Shown: piece after piece, positions 6,724 through 16,050 of the stretch
Position numbering within the stretch: position 1 is the stretch's first letter
Layout of the letters: each line of letters opens with the position of its first letter
DNA from: a virus
IMG/VR virus record: IMGVR_UViG_3300023174_000056
Coordinates: 1-64,000 of that record
Length of the DNA: 64,000 nucleotides
Reading direction: 5' to 3' (one strand)
The notes under the pieces: generated by a model
What the model was told of the DNA's origin: nothing
The model's input: the letters and a program-made list of their open reading frames with translations, nothing else
Databases searched by the model: none
Made by a program: the position numbers and the translations under genes

Positions 6724-6955
6724 TTTCGGAGCGATATTGTGAATGACGAATAAAGAGAATATTTAGACAATTCTTCTCTAGAACCTTGCTATTAAAGTCT
6801 AAAGAAAAATCTTCCCAATTCCAATTCTCGTTATCCTTGAGTTCTGGATGCTTTGAATAGACATACTCCATCAAAATGTTTTGAACTTCCTCACCAGTAA
6901 GATCAATATTAACAACTTCGCTCTTAGTAGAATTCATGTTTGAAACTCTCTCCAT
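6671..6955 (-). CDS. Hypothetical protein
   Basis: Packed ORF. Confidence 0.55.
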   Translation of the reverse strand: MERVSNMNSTKSEVVNIDLTGEEVQNILMEYVYSKHPELKDNENWNWEDFSLDFNSKVLEKNCLNILFIRHSQYRSENEQMDLPIFQTRAVDNV

Positions 6956-7203
6956 TATTTGGTTAAGTCAGGGTTATAGTGTTCAAGAAGTTCAGCATCA
7001 ATATCGAATGATCCATCTACATAATCTGCTTTTACATCTGCAAGTTTTAACTCATTCCAAGCAATGTCGCAAGCTTCATCAATATTTGTCGCTTCGATCT
7101 CTTTTACACCATACATTTCCCAACGTACTGGAATACGAAACTTTGGCATATTTAATTCACCCATTTCTGCAATTTGCCTTCTGCAAGTGCTTGCATGGTC
7201 CAA
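6955..7203 (-). CDS. Hypothetical protein (EAxxxxEA phage type)
   Basis: Likely start MPKFRIPV; IEATNIDEA motif. Confidence 0.65.
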   Translation of the reverse strand: MDHASTCRRQIAEMGELNMPKFRIPVRWEMYGVKEIEATNIDEACDIAWNELKLADVKADYVDGSFDIDAELLEHYNPDLTK

Positions 7204-7556
7204 AGCATTGTTTCAGTAAATTCCTTTTGAGTCCACCCATGTTCGCTAAAATGGTCTTCAAAGAGAGCTTTGTTTGCTGTTTCTAGCGTAGCCTGATAAA
7301 TAAATTCCATCTGCTCAAACGTCAACTTCTTTTCAGTCATTTTTAAAACCTCATCTTTCGTTGAATGATGCAATCAAAAACTTCGATTCCAGTATCGTCC
7401 CTAAGAGTGATCACCATTCTATTACCAGAAATAGAATATGCGATATATTCATTTGGATCTTCTGCAAGATATTTTACGCCCTCAACCGCCCATTCATCAC
7501 GTTGATATTCTGGAATTTCCACTCCCTTTTGTTCCCGCCAAATAGCCTTTACATCA

Positions 7557-8258
7557 TTAGTAGCGATACCCATTGTTGTCCTCCTCGATAGGGTTTTCGT
7601 GTTCATCCTTCGGACGATACTTCTTAATATCCTTCTCGTAAACGGTGATCTTCTGGTCTTCACCAAAAGGCATAACCGAATACTGGCGAGAACCCCTTGC
7701 AGGACCAACTACGTTTTCGTATGAGAGAACAGCACAAATCTTATTAGTGCCGTAATGACGAGCAGTTTGCCGAATCTCAACAACTGCACCAATTTCAAAC
7801 TTAGGAGGAGTTTCCAGATTCTCCATGATGCGATTGGCATACTTGTTTTCGCACATAGCACGATACTGCTTTTCGCTAGGCGTCCAAGAGGGATCGGCAA
7901 TGACACGAACAGCAATATCACGAAAATAAGGAGTCTGTGCATAATATTGGGCGCACACATTAAGCCTTGCACGCATTTCGGGAGTAAAATTGGCAAGCCA
8001 ATCATTTTGCGCTTGCGTGCGAGTCGCAATCACGCTTGCATCATAACGGAGTTCACACTTCTGCAAAGCGCCATACTGACCAGCAGTAAGCGACTTATAC
8101 TTATTCCAACCCTGCTTCAGCGATTCGCAAAAAGCCTTATCATTAAGCGAGATTGCAGGATTGTTGATAAGCAGATCAAGACGATTAGGAATCGTCGCAT
8201 CATCCACCTTCTGCACAACAACCTTCGGTTTCGCAAAACGATTGTAACCCCAACGCAT
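7557..8258 (-). CDS. Conserved early hypothetical protein with C-terminal SH3/KOW-like domain
   Basis: GAGGAG RBS, own promoter, GC-richer codon use. Confidence 0.8.
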   Translation of the reverse strand: MRWGYNRFAKPKVVVQKVDDATIPNRLDLLINNPAISLNDKAFCESLKQGWNKYKSLTAGQYGALQKCELRYDASVIATRTQAQNDWLANFTPEMRARLNVCAQYYAQTPYFRDIAVRVIADPSWTPSEKQYRAMCENKYANRIMENLETPPKFEIGAVVEIRQTARHYGTNKICAVLSYENVVGPARGSRQYSVMPFGEDQKITVYEKDIKKYRPKDEHENPIEEDNNGYRY

Positions 8259-8295
8259 AATTCATTTCTCCTCGCTGACCACCAGCGTTAAGAAC

Positions 8296-8324
8296 ATATT
8301 ATCACGGCAGGTGCCGCCCGTCAA
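8296..8324 (-). promoter_or_regulatory. Sigma70 promoter
   Basis: TTGACG-N17-TAATAT with TGn. Confidence 0.75.
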
Positions 8325-8581
8325 GAGATTTTTTTGAGGAATTCTAGTAAATCTTTATTGTAGGGGAATGTTCGATCTTCCGATTTGCCTTCAATATCTA
8401 CAAAAATCATTCTCTTTTCGCCTGAATATTCATCATCGTAGAACTCAACTAATAGATATGTTCTGGTTACAAACCCACCATTCTCAATAACTTGCGAAAA
8501 CTTATTCATCTCATATTCATAAAGATGCCCAATTTGAAAATACTCACTAAGTGTCGGTTTCTTCTTTCTCATTTTTATCAA
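8321..8581 (-). CDS. Hypothetical protein (SH3-like)
   Basis: FQIGHLYEY...FLKKIS. Confidence 0.6.
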   Translation of the reverse strand: MIKMRKKKPTLSEYFQIGHLYEYEMNKFSQVIENGGFVTRTYLLVEFYDDEYSGEKRMIFVDIEGKSEDRTFPYNKDLLEFLKKIS

Positions 8582-9408
8582 TCGTCTTTAGTATCTTTTG
8601 ATATTTAACTTTAACCAAAGGCTTACCATCTTCGGTATTCACAAATTCAGCATTTACCAATTCATACTTCTCGTATTTAATTTCGTAGAACTCTGCTTCA
8701 ATAGCTTTGTGAATTAATTTTAGAATTGCTTCTTCATCAAAGACAGCATTAATTTCTTGAATTTGTTGTAGATACATCTATCACTCACTTTCTTCTTCAT
8801 AATCGTTTTGTTCGGGAGCGCAGGAAACACAATGAGCAGCGGAATGGTTATCGTCTAATTCAACCCAAACAACTTCGTCATCGTGAAGATAGCAACCACA
8901 AACAAAACACTTTAGAACACCCATTATACATCCTCCACAATATTAATATCGCTATTGTTCTTCTCACAAAAATCAACAATCAAGTCAATTGCTTCACAAC
9001 AAGCAGCACCATTATCTAAACTTTCATCAGTCAAAACCTTGAAAACGCTCTTGAGCAAATCGTGATACTTGGTTTCCATTATGCCTTCTCATCCCATTTC
9101 TGGAACATCTTGATATGACCCCAATATGCTTCATCTTCACCATCATAACGGTCAAAGTCTAATTCATTATATTCTACCTCGTCATGAATTATTCTAAATA
9201 CCATTGTTTCCCAACCAGAAAATATAACATCGCTAGTTGAAACTAAGTAATTACCGTTTGCAGTTTTATGCTGCCATTTTACGCCTTGACTCATTTGATT
9301 TATTCCAGGTAAAATTATCCAGCTTTTCTCATTACTCAATGGAAAGAACAAACCCAATAAGTAATGTTGCTACGCAAGTTACAAACATAATCATATGGCT
9401 CTCCTAAC

Positions 9409-9437
9409 GCCGAAAGCCCCAACAAAGGGGCTTTGGC
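9409..9437 (-). terminator. Hairpin terminator candidate
   Basis: GCCAAAGCCCC/GGGGCTTTCGGC after the 9456-9776 gene. Confidence 0.6.
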
Positions 9438-9455
9438 TTAGTTAGATTTTAAAGA

Positions 9456-9776
9456 TTAGATAGACAGATCAACGATCTCAATATCGGAATCACCGTCGCT
9501 ATTATCATCAGCAGTATCATCGTCAACAGAAATCTTCGTAGCAGTAATGCTGCTATCGCTGTTCTTCTTACGATCAATTACCATACCAGCGATAATCACA
9601 CCACCGTTACGACCACGCAAACCCTGAATCTTGCTATCCTTCTTGAGACTAAGGATAGTCTCCGAAACATCATCACCGAACTTATCGGTCAAATAGTGAC
9701 TCGGGCAGGGACGGCTATTCTTTTCGATGTACGACTGAATTGCAGCGAGAACGTCGATGTTATTGATAGTAGGCAT
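9456..9776 (-). CDS. Winged-helix DNA-binding protein with acidic tail
   Basis: IQGLRGRNGGV resembles the Rrf2/GntR wing motif; own promoter. Confidence 0.65.
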   Translation of the reverse strand: MPTINNIDVLAAIQSYIEKNSRPCPSHYLTDKFGDDVSETILSLKKDSKIQGLRGRNGGVIIAGMVIDRKKNSDSSITATKISVDDDTADDNSDGDSDIEIVDLSI

Positions 9777-9825
9777 ATTGGTTTTTTCCTTTGCTCACTC
9801 TGGAGCGGTTAAATAGTCTTGCTTA

Positions 9826-9854
9826 ATCTTACAGGGTTAAGGGTTAAAAGTCAA
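9826..9854 (-). promoter_or_regulatory. Sigma70 promoter
   Basis: TTGACT-N17-TAAGAT. Confidence 0.7.
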
Positions 9855-10064
9855 CTGGTTTCTTCTACTGGTTATCAACTAACTCACGTTCGCTCTCCTC
9901 AAATACATACTGGGTATCACCGCAAAAATCACAAACCCATTTCTCCGCATCACGCTGAACGAGGATATCACCTTCCTCCCAATAAAGCTCTTTGATGCTT
10001 CCGTTAAACTGCATGAAGTGTTCGCAATTCGTATTGCTCATCTGTTTCCCCTCCATCTATTACC

Positions 10065-10093
10065 AGTCTATCACAGACTCACAGCGGAGTCAA
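10065..10093 (-). promoter_or_regulatory. Sigma70 promoter
   Basis: TTGACT-N17-TAGACT with TGn. Confidence 0.8.
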
Positions 10094-10113
10094 GACTTAT
10101 TTTTGCTGGAATA

Positions 10114-10377
10114 TCAATATGATACGACTTTCATACCACCGTTATCCAGCATTTCATTAACTTGATGCGCTCCATTCCAATTAGTTTTATCAATACTCAC
10201 AGGATCGGGAGTACCAACTTTCCAAAAATGCACAGCATAAGTCATTGGTGCATTTTTTAATTTCTCTATACGGACGATCTGATAAAAACCTCCACCGTCT
10301 TTTTCATAAACACAATACTGAAGGATACTCCCCACTCGATATTGGTCAAGCCTTGGTTTATTTTTGTTTTTTGCCAT
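10114..10377 (-). CDS. Hypothetical protein (SH3-like)
   Basis: YRVGSILQY...MKVVSY. Confidence 0.65.
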   Translation of the reverse strand: MAKNKNKPRLDQYRVGSILQYCVYEKDGGGFYQIVRIEKLKNAPMTYAVHFWKVGTPDPVSIDKTNWNGAHQVNEMLDNGGMKVVSY

Positions 10378-10441
10378 TTTGCAAACCGATTTGCGGCGGC
10401 TGGCAACCGATTACCAGATTGCCAACCAACCGCATTTTAGG

Positions 10442-11722
10442 TTAATCGACCGAAACAACTCGCTCAGTCGTTTGGAAGTAAGGCGAATTAGCACCATGCT
10501 TATCAGTCATCCACATACGGGGGCAACGTGAAGGCACAGGCTTAGGCGCATACATATCCGTAAGAATGATATGACCATCAAACTCGGGATGCTTGTTAAC
10601 ATATTCGGTGGGCTTATTGAAATCCGTACCACCAAACTTCACACGCTTCGCCTTTTCGTGCTTACCCTTCTTCCAAACATAGATAAGCTTTTCATCAATC
10701 TCACAGTCAAACGGAACAACCGTGAAAGTTGCAAGCTTCGCAAGACCATTAAGCTCCGCAAAGAACTTCGTGAGCATTTCATCGGAAACCGAACCCGACT
10801 GGTCAATGGAGATTGCGATATTTGCTCGTCGCTCAACCTTGCGTCCAGCGTGAATATACGGGAAACGCTTGTTAAGACGCTTCACGGTATTCTGCTTATC
10901 TGCACGCTGCGAAGTCTTGATGAAATAGCGAAGGACGTTACGCCAGTTCACCTTATTGGAGATACGGTCCATAATGTCGGCACGCATATCCGACGAAACG
11001 CTACCCCAAGACTTCTTATTGGCTTCCTCCGCAGCCTCCTTCATCATTTCCTTAAGACGCTGCTTTGCAATTTCCTTCACGCTAGGGTCGATTTCACCTT
11101 CACCCCAACCCTCATGGTCATCAAGCGAATCACCAAAACCATCGCCTTCACCATCTCCATTTTCCTTCTGCTTCTTCTTCAATTCCGCATAGTACCATTC
11201 AGCGGTCTTGAGCGGAGGCAAATCAGCAAATGGACCACGTTCAGGGATACAACCAAACGCAGGAATCTCATCGGGGATATGGGTGTTGATCGAAAGATCG
11301 GTAGCAACATTCCAAAGACGGTTCATCTTCTTGCCAGAACCATCTTCTGCATCGGGCAAACGAGCAGAAACGTGTTCAAGAATAAGATGATAAAACTCAT
11401 GCTTGAGAACGCCCAAACGCTCCTTCAGCGTAAACTCTGCAAAGAAATACGGATTATAAAGCATCTCGTAATGACCTTCGCTGGTAACACGAACACCAGC
11501 AGTAGGCACCGAAAGCGTTGCACGCTTTTCGACATGACGAGAAATTGCAGCAAAGAACGGTTCATTATCAAGCAGCGAAATGATATGGTCATTCATATCA
11601 AATTTGCTAAGTGCATCGTTCAGATTGCCGCTCTTAGAAAGCTCCTTCACGTTATCAAGCTTTGCTTGCGATTCCTCAACAGCCTTATCGGTAACAGGGG
11701 CAGGATTCTTCTTCTTGGCCAT
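10442..11722 (-). CDS. Metallopeptidase plus VWA-like domain protein (DUF2201 type)
   Basis: HEFYH (HExxH), WNVATDLSIN, MIDAS DQSGS, GGTDF, LTD. Confidence 0.9.
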   Translation of the reverse strand: MAKKKNPAPVTDKAVEESQAKLDNVKELSKSGNLNDALSKFDMNDHIISLLDNEPFFAAISRHVEKRATLSVPTAGVRVTSEGHYEMLYNPYFFAEFTLKERLGVLKHEFYHLILEHVSARLPDAEDGSGKKMNRLWNVATDLSINTHIPDEIPAFGCIPERGPFADLPPLKTAEWYYAELKKKQKENGDGEGDGFGDSLDDHEGWGEGEIDPSVKEIAKQRLKEMMKEAAEEANKKSWGSVSSDMRADIMDRISNKVNWRNVLRYFIKTSQRADKQNTVKRLNKRFPYIHAGRKVERRANIAISIDQSGSVSDEMLTKFFAELNGLAKLATFTVVPFDCEIDEKLIYVWKKGKHEKAKRVKFGGTDFNKPTEYVNKHPEFDGHIILTDMYAPKPVPSRCPRMWMTDKHGANSPYFQTTERVVSVD

Positions 11723-11763
11723 TTAATACCTCAAACCGTGGCGGAATTGCCACCTTGTAGAAC

Positions 11764-11792
11764 AGTCTATCACAAGTTAATTTTGGCGTCAA
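11764..11792 (-). promoter_or_regulatory. Sigma70 promoter
   Basis: TTGACG-N17-TAGACT with TGn. Confidence 0.8.
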
Positions 11793-11854
11793 GCCCGTAA
11801 TAAGCAGTTGGGGGAAGTGGTTTTGCCACTTGCCCCCTATGCTGTTTATATGGA

Positions 11855-12916
11855 TTACTTCTTGTTAGAACCGCCGGTCATAATCGACACGATGTAATCG
11901 TTGCAAAGCTTGTGAAGCTCAACAGCGTTATACACGTTCGCATTACCAGCGATCTTCCACAGCTTCATCGAAGCCTCGGCAGGAATCATTCGGATATAAT
12001 CCGAAATGTTCTTGAGCGAAGCAGCATCAAGCTTGGTCTTGAGCTTATCGGAAGCCTGAATCTTCTCGATAAGGGCAAGGTGGTCGTTTACGGGCAGACC
12101 CTTAAGGGCATCGTGCTTACCGTTGAAGATGTCGTCAATCGAAATCTGACGCTCATACTTCTCAACGAAATCACGGAAAGCAACCGCACCCTCCATACCA
12201 ATAAACGCACAACCAAGCTCGTACATGGTAGGAAGAAACTGCTTCGTTTCGTCCTTCTTCTTACCAAGCATATCGGCAGAAGTCAGGCACTCATTGAAGC
12301 GGAACCACGAACGACGGCTAGGATAAACCTTGTTAGGCTCAAACTCGCCCTTATGCTCAAGGTGGATGCGATTCTGGTTGAGGAAGTCCCAAACAACCAT
12401 ATTCACCTTGTCCTTAGCGAAATCAAGGAAATCCTCGACAGTAGGCTCAAGGTCGAAAACGGTCCAACGGTCAAGCTCCGCAGGGTCCATTTCGCCAACC
12501 TGATACTGCGAACCGTGATTACCACCGTTTACAGCGGCAAAGATAAGCGTATCCTTATGCAGATGCCAACCATTCAGCTTACGGCTATCGGTAAGCTCGA
12601 AAAGACCCTGCCGAACCTCAAGAACCGCACGGTCAACCTCATCGAAGAAAAGCACAACAGGCGTATCACAAGCGGTCTTGAACCAATCCGGCGGATTCCA
12701 CTTGGTCGAACGAGCCTCAATATTCGGCAAACCGATAAGGTCGCCTTCGGTCATCTGCGATGCACGACGCTCGACAACGGGCAAACCAGCGGCATTAGCA
12801 AACTGGTAAACCTGCTCCGACTTACCGATACCGTGCTTACCACGAATCAGCACAGGCTTCTTAACCTTGACAACGTGCGGAACAACCTTGGCGAACGTCT
12901 TGAAATCAACAGCCAT
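11855..12916 (-). CDS. MoxR-type AAA+ ATPase
   Basis: Walker A GKHGIGKS, Walker B LFFDE, DPAELDRW, PSRRSW; adjacent to the VWA gene. Confidence 0.9.
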   Translation of the reverse strand: MAVDFKTFAKVVPHVVKVKKPVLIRGKHGIGKSEQVYQFANAAGLPVVERRASQMTEGDLIGLPNIEARSTKWNPPDWFKTACDTPVVLFFDEVDRAVLEVRQGLFELTDSRKLNGWHLHKDTLIFAAVNGGNHGSQYQVGEMDPAELDRWTVFDLEPTVEDFLDFAKDKVNMVVWDFLNQNRIHLEHKGEFEPNKVYPSRRSWFRFNECLTSADMLGKKKDETKQFLPTMYELGCAFIGMEGAVAFRDFVEKYERQISIDDIFNGKHDALKGLPVNDHLALIEKIQASDKLKTKLDAASLKNISDYIRMIPAEASMKLWKIAGNANVYNAVELHKLCNDYIVSIMTGGSNKK

Positions 12917-12992
12917 TTTTATTACCTACCCTTTTTCGTCTTGCGTTTTTGTTTTGAACAGCGAACCATTCGCCGCTCAACCTTACTTAACT

Positions 12993-13098
12993 ACTCTACC
13001 ACACCATGCGGCAGCGGTCAACTTATTTTTTCGTCGCTGTTTTTCCGTTCAAGCGCAGCGACAAGAGACAGTCTATCACGGGCGAGAGCGCCAGTCAA
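12993..13098 (-). promoter_or_regulatory. Two tandem sigma70 promoters upstream of MoxR
   Basis: TTGACC-N17-TAGAGT (12993-13021) and TTGACT-N17-TAGACT (13070-13098). Confidence 0.8.
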
Positions 13099-13124
13099 CT
13101 CTTTTTTTCTAAGAATTGCTTACA

Positions 13125-13697
13125 TTACTTAAGTCGCTTAGGAAAATTTACAGTAGTGCCATCAAACCATTCAATAGGCGGTTTAATTGAATCAGGCATT
13201 GCTGGGTTCTCTGCAACCATGTTGCGATCATTGTTAATATAGTATTCACGCTCTTTATCATTTCTGCCAAAGTACGACGGAGCATTAATTCCACTCTCAA
13301 CACAATCCTCGCCAATTACCAACACCCTAAATGGGTAGGAATAATGATCGTCCTGATTAATATAATCCCACCTAATATCTTTAATAAAATAAAAAGTAGT
13401 TTGACTCTGCCAAGAAATACGCTTAACAATAGCACCAATACCAATACCAGCTTTCTTCATATCTTCAAGAAAACGGCTGCGGTATGCCGCATTTTCAGTA
13501 ATCCAAACATTACGTTCACTTTTCAGTTTTTCACACTTACGCCTATCATGTTCATTTTCATAACAAAAACTGCAACGGCGAGACTTGCGTCGATATTTGT
13601 TATGGTATTCCTTGTCAGCGTTTTTGGCTTCCTGCGAACGTGAAGGGCAAGTCCTACGATTATGTCCAGTATTACCACAGTTACGACAATAGCGCAT
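13125..13697 (-). CDS. Protein with two CCHC zinc knuckles
   Basis: CRNCGNTGHNRRTC and CSFCYENEHDRRKC. Confidence 0.85.
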   Translation of the reverse strand: MRYCRNCGNTGHNRRTCPSRSQEAKNADKEYHNKYRRKSRRCSFCYENEHDRRKCEKLKSERNVWITENAAYRSRFLEDMKKAGIGIGAIVKRISWQSQTTFYFIKDIRWDYINQDDHYSYPFRVLVIGEDCVESGINAPSYFGRNDKEREYYINNDRNMVAENPAMPDSIKPPIEWFDGTTVNFPKRLK

Positions 13698-13735
13698 TTA
13701 GTGTTTTCTCCATCGGAACCGTCCGAATTATAGAC

Positions 13736-13764
13736 AGTCTAGCACGGGGGCAGCAGGGAGTCAA
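13736..13764 (-). promoter_or_regulatory. Sigma70 promoter
   Basis: TTGACT-N17-TAGACT with TGn. Confidence 0.8.
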
Positions 13765-13791
13765 CTTCTTATTTAGCAGTTAGTTAATTAG

Positions 13792-13806
13792 ATTTGCGGC
13801 GGCTGG
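13792..13806. repeat. 15-bp GC-rich repeat ATTTGCGGCGGCTGG (also at 5415-5429 and 10389-10403)
   Basis: Three exact, co-oriented copies read from the sequence. Confidence 0.8.
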
Positions 13807-13869
13807 GCACCAGTATTTGCGCTAATTAGCACAAATGGCGGCTGGCATCGAACACTCTGCGACAATAAC

Positions 13870-13898
13870 ATATTACTACGGCTGCTGTCCCATGTCAA
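13870..13898 (-). promoter_or_regulatory. Sigma70 promoter
   Basis: TTGACA-N17-TAATAT. Confidence 0.7.
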
Positions 13899-13955
13899 GC
13901 GATATTTTAACTCTAGCGTTAGAGTGTGTCATTATTCGCTGGGAATATATACTCG

Positions 13956-13984
13956 TTGACACGGGAATATTCCGTTGCTAGAGT
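13956..13984 (+). promoter_or_regulatory. Divergent plus-strand sigma70 promoter
   Basis: TTGACA-N17-TAGAGT with TGn. Confidence 0.65.
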
Positions 13985-14143
13985 GTCTAAGTGGCTGAAA
14001 TCTCAGAGAGTTTTGTCTATTCTACCGCTGGGTGTTGTAAGTATCGGAAACAATAAGTTTTTTTGTATCTAAATGTTTTGTTTTCTACTTAACAATACGG
14101 TAAGAACATAAATATTTCTAACTAATATTGTTAGAATAATAAT

Positions 14144-14683
14144 TTAGATACTTGAAAACTGTGTTGTTCCCCAATTGTGATTTTGAATTGACCAGTTCAA
14201 GACATCCTGCACAATCTCTTCTTTTGTTACGACTGTCATCTTAGAAAATGAAATTAAATTTTCTGAGTAATGCTCTTGTTGCCTTGTTGCTGATTCACCA
14301 GGAAATAGCGTACCTTCTCTTGCTTCCCACTCTACAATATACACTCTCTGACCGAAAAGATCAATATCTTTCTTTTTAACGTCTAAGCGTTCTTTTACAG
14401 TTCCAATGTATTTTGTATGGAACATATAAAAACCACCATCGTCATCAGCATCTTTACAATATTCTATTTGAGTATTGTAGTCTTTTCCAAGATATTTCCA
14501 CCAAACTTCTAATGGCAGGGAGCTTGCATAAAGATCATAAAAACGTTTTACTTCTTCTTTGCTAAGACGCCTTGAACGCATTAAAACTTTTTCGCCAGCA
14601 TAGAAAGAACCTTGCTTTGTAAGGTCATCAGAGGAGATACCCCCACCCTGGGGGTACTCTGGTGGTATATTACTGGTGTTCAT
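14144..14683 (-). CDS. Hypothetical protein
   Basis: 179-aa ORF with an SH3-like pattern. Confidence 0.65.
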   Translation of the reverse strand: MNTSNIPPEYPQGGGISSDDLTKQGSFYAGEKVLMRSRRLSKEEVKRFYDLYASSLPLEVWWKYLGKDYNTQIEYCKDADDDGGFYMFHTKYIGTVKERLDVKKKDIDLFGQRVYIVEWEAREGTLFPGESATRQQEHYSENLISFSKMTVVTKEEIVQDVLNWSIQNHNWGTTQFSSI

Positions 14684-14721
14684 CTATTACATATCCTACC
14701 AAACATATTTTATCTTGTAAA

Positions 14722-15009
14722 TTAAAAAATACAATACATCTGCTCCCAGTATTTTTTTCTTATAGACTCTTTATCTAAGGACAAATCAGCAGCATTTATT
14801 AAAAAATAAACATTGTTTTTTAGCAATAAAGCGCCCTCTTTATCAATCGGGAATTCGTTTCCTTTATCATAAAATTTTATATGACACTCTAATTGCATTT
14901 CATCAACTGCTGTTATTAGCCCAAAACCATACCAAGGATCAAATAATAAATCGCCAATTTTTAATTTTTTTAATCCCTGCTCCATATCTTGGATTAAATA
15001 TTTTTTCAT
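14722..15009 (-). CDS. Hypothetical protein (SH3/KOW-like)
   Basis: LKIGDLLFD..YGFGLITAV....CHIKF. Confidence 0.65.
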   Translation of the reverse strand: MKKYLIQDMEQGLKKLKIGDLLFDPWYGFGLITAVDEMQLECHIKFYDKGNEFPIDKEGALLLKNNVYFLINAADLSLDKESIRKKYWEQMYCIF

Positions 15010-15019
15010 TCATATTTAA

Positions 15020-15250
15020 TTATTGTTCTCTTGTGCTAAAGAATGGTTTAGCTCTAAAATCTCCAAAATTAAGATTAGTTCCTTCGTAAATTTCATACCA
15101 TTTTGCCTTACCATGCATTACAAAATTACTTACAAAGTTTTTCACTTGTTGCAAATCGCTTTGAATCTCTGGATTGATCGCTAGCGAAAACTTTTCAGCA
15201 AAAGTACCATCTATTCTTCTTGTAACAACTGTTACAATTCTATTGTTCAT
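15020..15250 (-). CDS. Hypothetical protein
   Basis: AGGAG RBS. Confidence 0.65.
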   Translation of the reverse strand: MNNRIVTVVTRRIDGTFAEKFSLAINPEIQSDLQQVKNFVSNFVMHGKAKWYEIYEGTNLNFGDFRAKPFFSTREQ

Positions 15251-15266
15251 TTTATTATCTCCTAAT

Positions 15267-15304
15267 AAAAAGCCCCGCCTTGAAAAAACAGGGCGGGGCT
15301 TTTG
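15267..15304 (-). terminator. Intrinsic terminator
   Basis: AGCCCCGCC/GGCGGGGCT with U-tracts on both strands. Confidence 0.85.
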
Positions 15305-15324
15305 GTTATTAGCTAATTCCTAAA

Positions 15325-15609
15325 TTAGCGGGCTAGGGTATTTAGCTCACGGTCTAGGAAGCTCTTAAACGCACGGGCTTCGGCTAGTGTCATAACAAAA
15401 CGTTGTGACTTCTCATTATCGCTTGACCACTTCCAAACGACTACATTGCTATAATCACCATGACGAGTATCACCACGGCGGATGCCCATACCAATACGCT
15501 TTAGCTTACGCTCGCTACGGTAAATGCCTTGTGAAGCATCGTGAACATTACGGCGGGTGCTGCGTGAATTTGTGTTTGTTGAACGGTTGGTTGAATTACG
15601 AACTGACAT
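15325..15609 (-). CDS. Basic, probably nucleic-acid-binding protein in its own transcription unit
   Basis: AGGAG RBS, promoter TTTACA-N17-TAGAGT at 15673-15701, terminator after; Arg-rich. Confidence 0.75.
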   Translation of the reverse strand: MSVRNSTNRSTNTNSRSTRRNVHDASQGIYRSERKLKRIGMGIRRGDTRHGDYSNVVVWKWSSDNEKSQRFVMTLAEARAFKSFLDRELNTLAR

Positions 15610-15690
15610 CTCATTCTCCTTGCCACTCTGGGCGGTTATTTTGGCTGGCCTCTCGGCTCACCTTATAGAACTACTCTAGCAGACCTTCTC

Positions 15691-16050
15691 TCACCTGTAA
15701 AGAACTTTCTTTTTCAGACTCTCGACGTACTTATTAAAGTCAGACAGCAGCGTGAGTGGAATCTTTGTATAATTTTTATTATACTCACGCAGATTAAATT
15801 CGTCCGACTCTCCTAACTCTGGAATATTATATTCAAACCATTTAACTGTGGCTATTTCTACTTGGCTTTCACTTTTTTCAAAGTATTTTGACATATTATA
15901 GTATGGGTGTTTCCAATCATCAATTTTGATATCTAATATAATTCCTGCGACTGGCAACGTTTCTACTTTATTTGGATTATTCCAGTTGTGAATATATCTG
16001 CGGTCGGTCCTCATTTTAACAAGCTGACCAACTTCCAGTTTATGATGCAA
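15691..16050 (-). CDS. Hypothetical protein (SH3/KOW-like)
   Basis: LEVGQLVKM...GIILDI...ATVKWF. Confidence 0.65.
   Translation of the reverse strand: MHHKLEVGQLVKMRTDRRYIHNWNNPNKVETLPVAGIILDIKIDDWKHPYYNMSKYFEKSESQVEIATVKWFEYNIPELGESDEFNLREYNKNYTKIPLTLLSDFNKYVESLKKKVLYR

Noticed and set aside
10571-13132. Two plus-strand ORFs of about 400 aa opposite VWA and MoxR
   Set aside because: Antisense shadows of strongly biased codon use in clearly real minus-strand genes; no recognisable motifs.
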